Assembly (NCBI GenBank): GCA_963828735.1
Contig: CAWHFW010000005.1
Span: 576,001 to 640,000, forward strand
Source of the DNA: an uncultured Gemmatimonadales bacterium
Lineage (GTDB): Bacteria; Gemmatimonadota; Gemmatimonadetes; Gemmatimonadales; GWC2-71-9
Direction of reading: 5' to 3'
DNA length: 64,000 bases
The position numbers and the translations under genes are program-made. Below are positions 61,520 to 64,000 of this stretch, one piece after another. The notes beneath the pieces were generated by a model. It did no database searches and was not told where the DNA came from. It worked only from the letters and a program-made list of their open reading frames with translations. Position 1 is the stretch's first letter. Each line of letters opens with the position of its first letter.

Positions 61520-62184
61520 GCCGCCGCGTCCGCTGGACCGCGGGCCTTCTGGTCGCCGCCACCTCGGCGTGCAGCGACATCGCCGCGCCGATCCGCAGCG
61601 ACTTCTACGAGTGGCGGCTGATCACTCCCAAGGTGACCGGCTCGGGCGACGACAGCCTCTCGTTCCATTGGCCGGCGAGCCGCATACCGGTACGTATCTG
61701 GGTGGAGGACGCCGCCAGCCTCCCGCAGAACATGCCGAACGCCATCTCGGCCTGGCGAACGGCCTTCCTCTACGGCGAATTCGACGCCACGGTGGTCAGC
61801 GACTCGACCAGCGCCGACGTGATCGTCCGGGCCGGGGCGGCTCCGGGCATCCAGTTCGCCAGGGCGCGGCTCAACAGCGCCCTAGCGCCGGAGTGCGCGG
61901 GGGCCACCGATCTCGACATCAGCGAGGATCACACCCAGCTTCGCCTGCCGGTCCGCGTGTTCATCGACCCGCGGTCGGAGCCGAACGCTCCTGGGCTTCC
62001 CGAATGCCTCGCGCTCACGACCACGCACGAGCTCGGCCATGCGCTGGGCATCTGGCGCCATTCATCCACCGCGACCGACTTGATGTTCGCGGACCCGTCG
62101 GTCGACGGGCCGAGCGCGCGGGACCTGGGGACGGCGGAGGTGATCTACCACGTCCCGGCGAACGTGGAGGCGGTGGGGAGGTAG
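61516..62184 (+). CDS. Matrixin-family metalloprotease lipoprotein
   Basis: Lipobox TSAC; HELGHALGIWRHS; Met-turn DLM. Confidence 0.85.
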   Translation: MSRRVRWTAGLLVAATSACSDIAAPIRSDFYEWRLITPKVTGSGDDSLSFHWPASRIPVRIWVEDAASLPQNMPNAISAWRTAFLYGEFDATVVSDSTSADVIVRAGAAPGIQFARARLNSALAPECAGATDLDISEDHTQLRLPVRVFIDPRSEPNAPGLPECLALTTTHELGHALGIWRHSSTATDLMFADPSVDGPSARDLGTAEVIYHVPANVEAVGR

Positions 62185-62211
62185 GTCGGGCCGGCGAGCA
62201 GGGAAGTCGGA

Positions 62212-62404
62212 GGTTGGCAAGCGAGCGGCTGTGATCTCGGGCGTGGCTACAGAGGTTGTCCGCGGGTATCGGGCGCCAACCCGAGGCGGCCATCCTCCGG
62301 GCGAGCCCGCCCGCCGCCTCCGAACCCGGCCGCTCGGACCGAGCGGACTCCGGGCTTCGAGTTGGCCCATCCTCTTCATCCCCTGGCTGACATCGCCTCC
62401 AACC
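62212..62404 (-). ncRNA. Candidate structured ncRNA (~193 nt), possibly 6S-like
   Basis: Nested stems GGUUGG-AGGCGA/UCGCUU-CCAACC, AGAGG/CCUCU and CCAACUCGA/UCGGGUUGG, plus two branch hairpins. G-U wobbles favour the minus strand. Confidence 0.55.
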
Positions 62405-62537
62405 GCACCCGACGCAAGTACTTACCCATCCCCCAGTTGTCTCCGGGGCTCCGCCTGCCGATAATTCCCCGCCTGAACGCGGCCGTCCCCGTCCCTTGGC
62501 CGAGCCTTTTGCCGCGCGCTACGCGCCCCAGGAGCGT

Positions 62538-64000
<1,463 letters not shown>

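Noticed and set aside
62212..62404. SAM riboswitch or SRP RNA identity for the structured RNA
   Set aside because: Diagnostic motifs are absent, and the RNA is oriented away from pckA.

Overview
This is a high-GC bacterial window; the gene set and order suggest Gemmatimonadota (inference). It has two zones. (1) Positions 1 to ~22.78 kb are accessory DNA ending at a stand-alone tRNA-Ile(GAT) gene (22784-22857, minus). This zone holds two tandem giant uncharacterised genes broken by many frameshifts (1-3630, 3643-8259) and a third frameshifted gene. It also has a small integron-type cassette array with one clear attC and no intI, a cluster of nucleic-acid-acting defence-like genes (HhH fold, PUA-like, EEP fragment, UDG-like, AbiV/HEPN-like, GHKL ATPase, HNH), and a decayed satellite/IME backbone (serine recombinase, SF3 helicase fragment, HTH/excisionase, tyrosine integrase). 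A remnant of a second integrase lies on the other side of the tRNA. (2) Positions ~23.2-64 kb are core chromosome: typA, CDF transporter, hisD, hisZG, a hybrid kinase, pdxA, two PPIases, mfd, lepA, waaF, ROK and PfkB kinases, a STAS/HATPase pair, ftsEX-envC, nfo and pckA. This zone also has a ~190-nt structured ncRNA candidate divergent from pckA and many apparently leaderless genes. All calls come from motif recognition by eye; no database searches were run.
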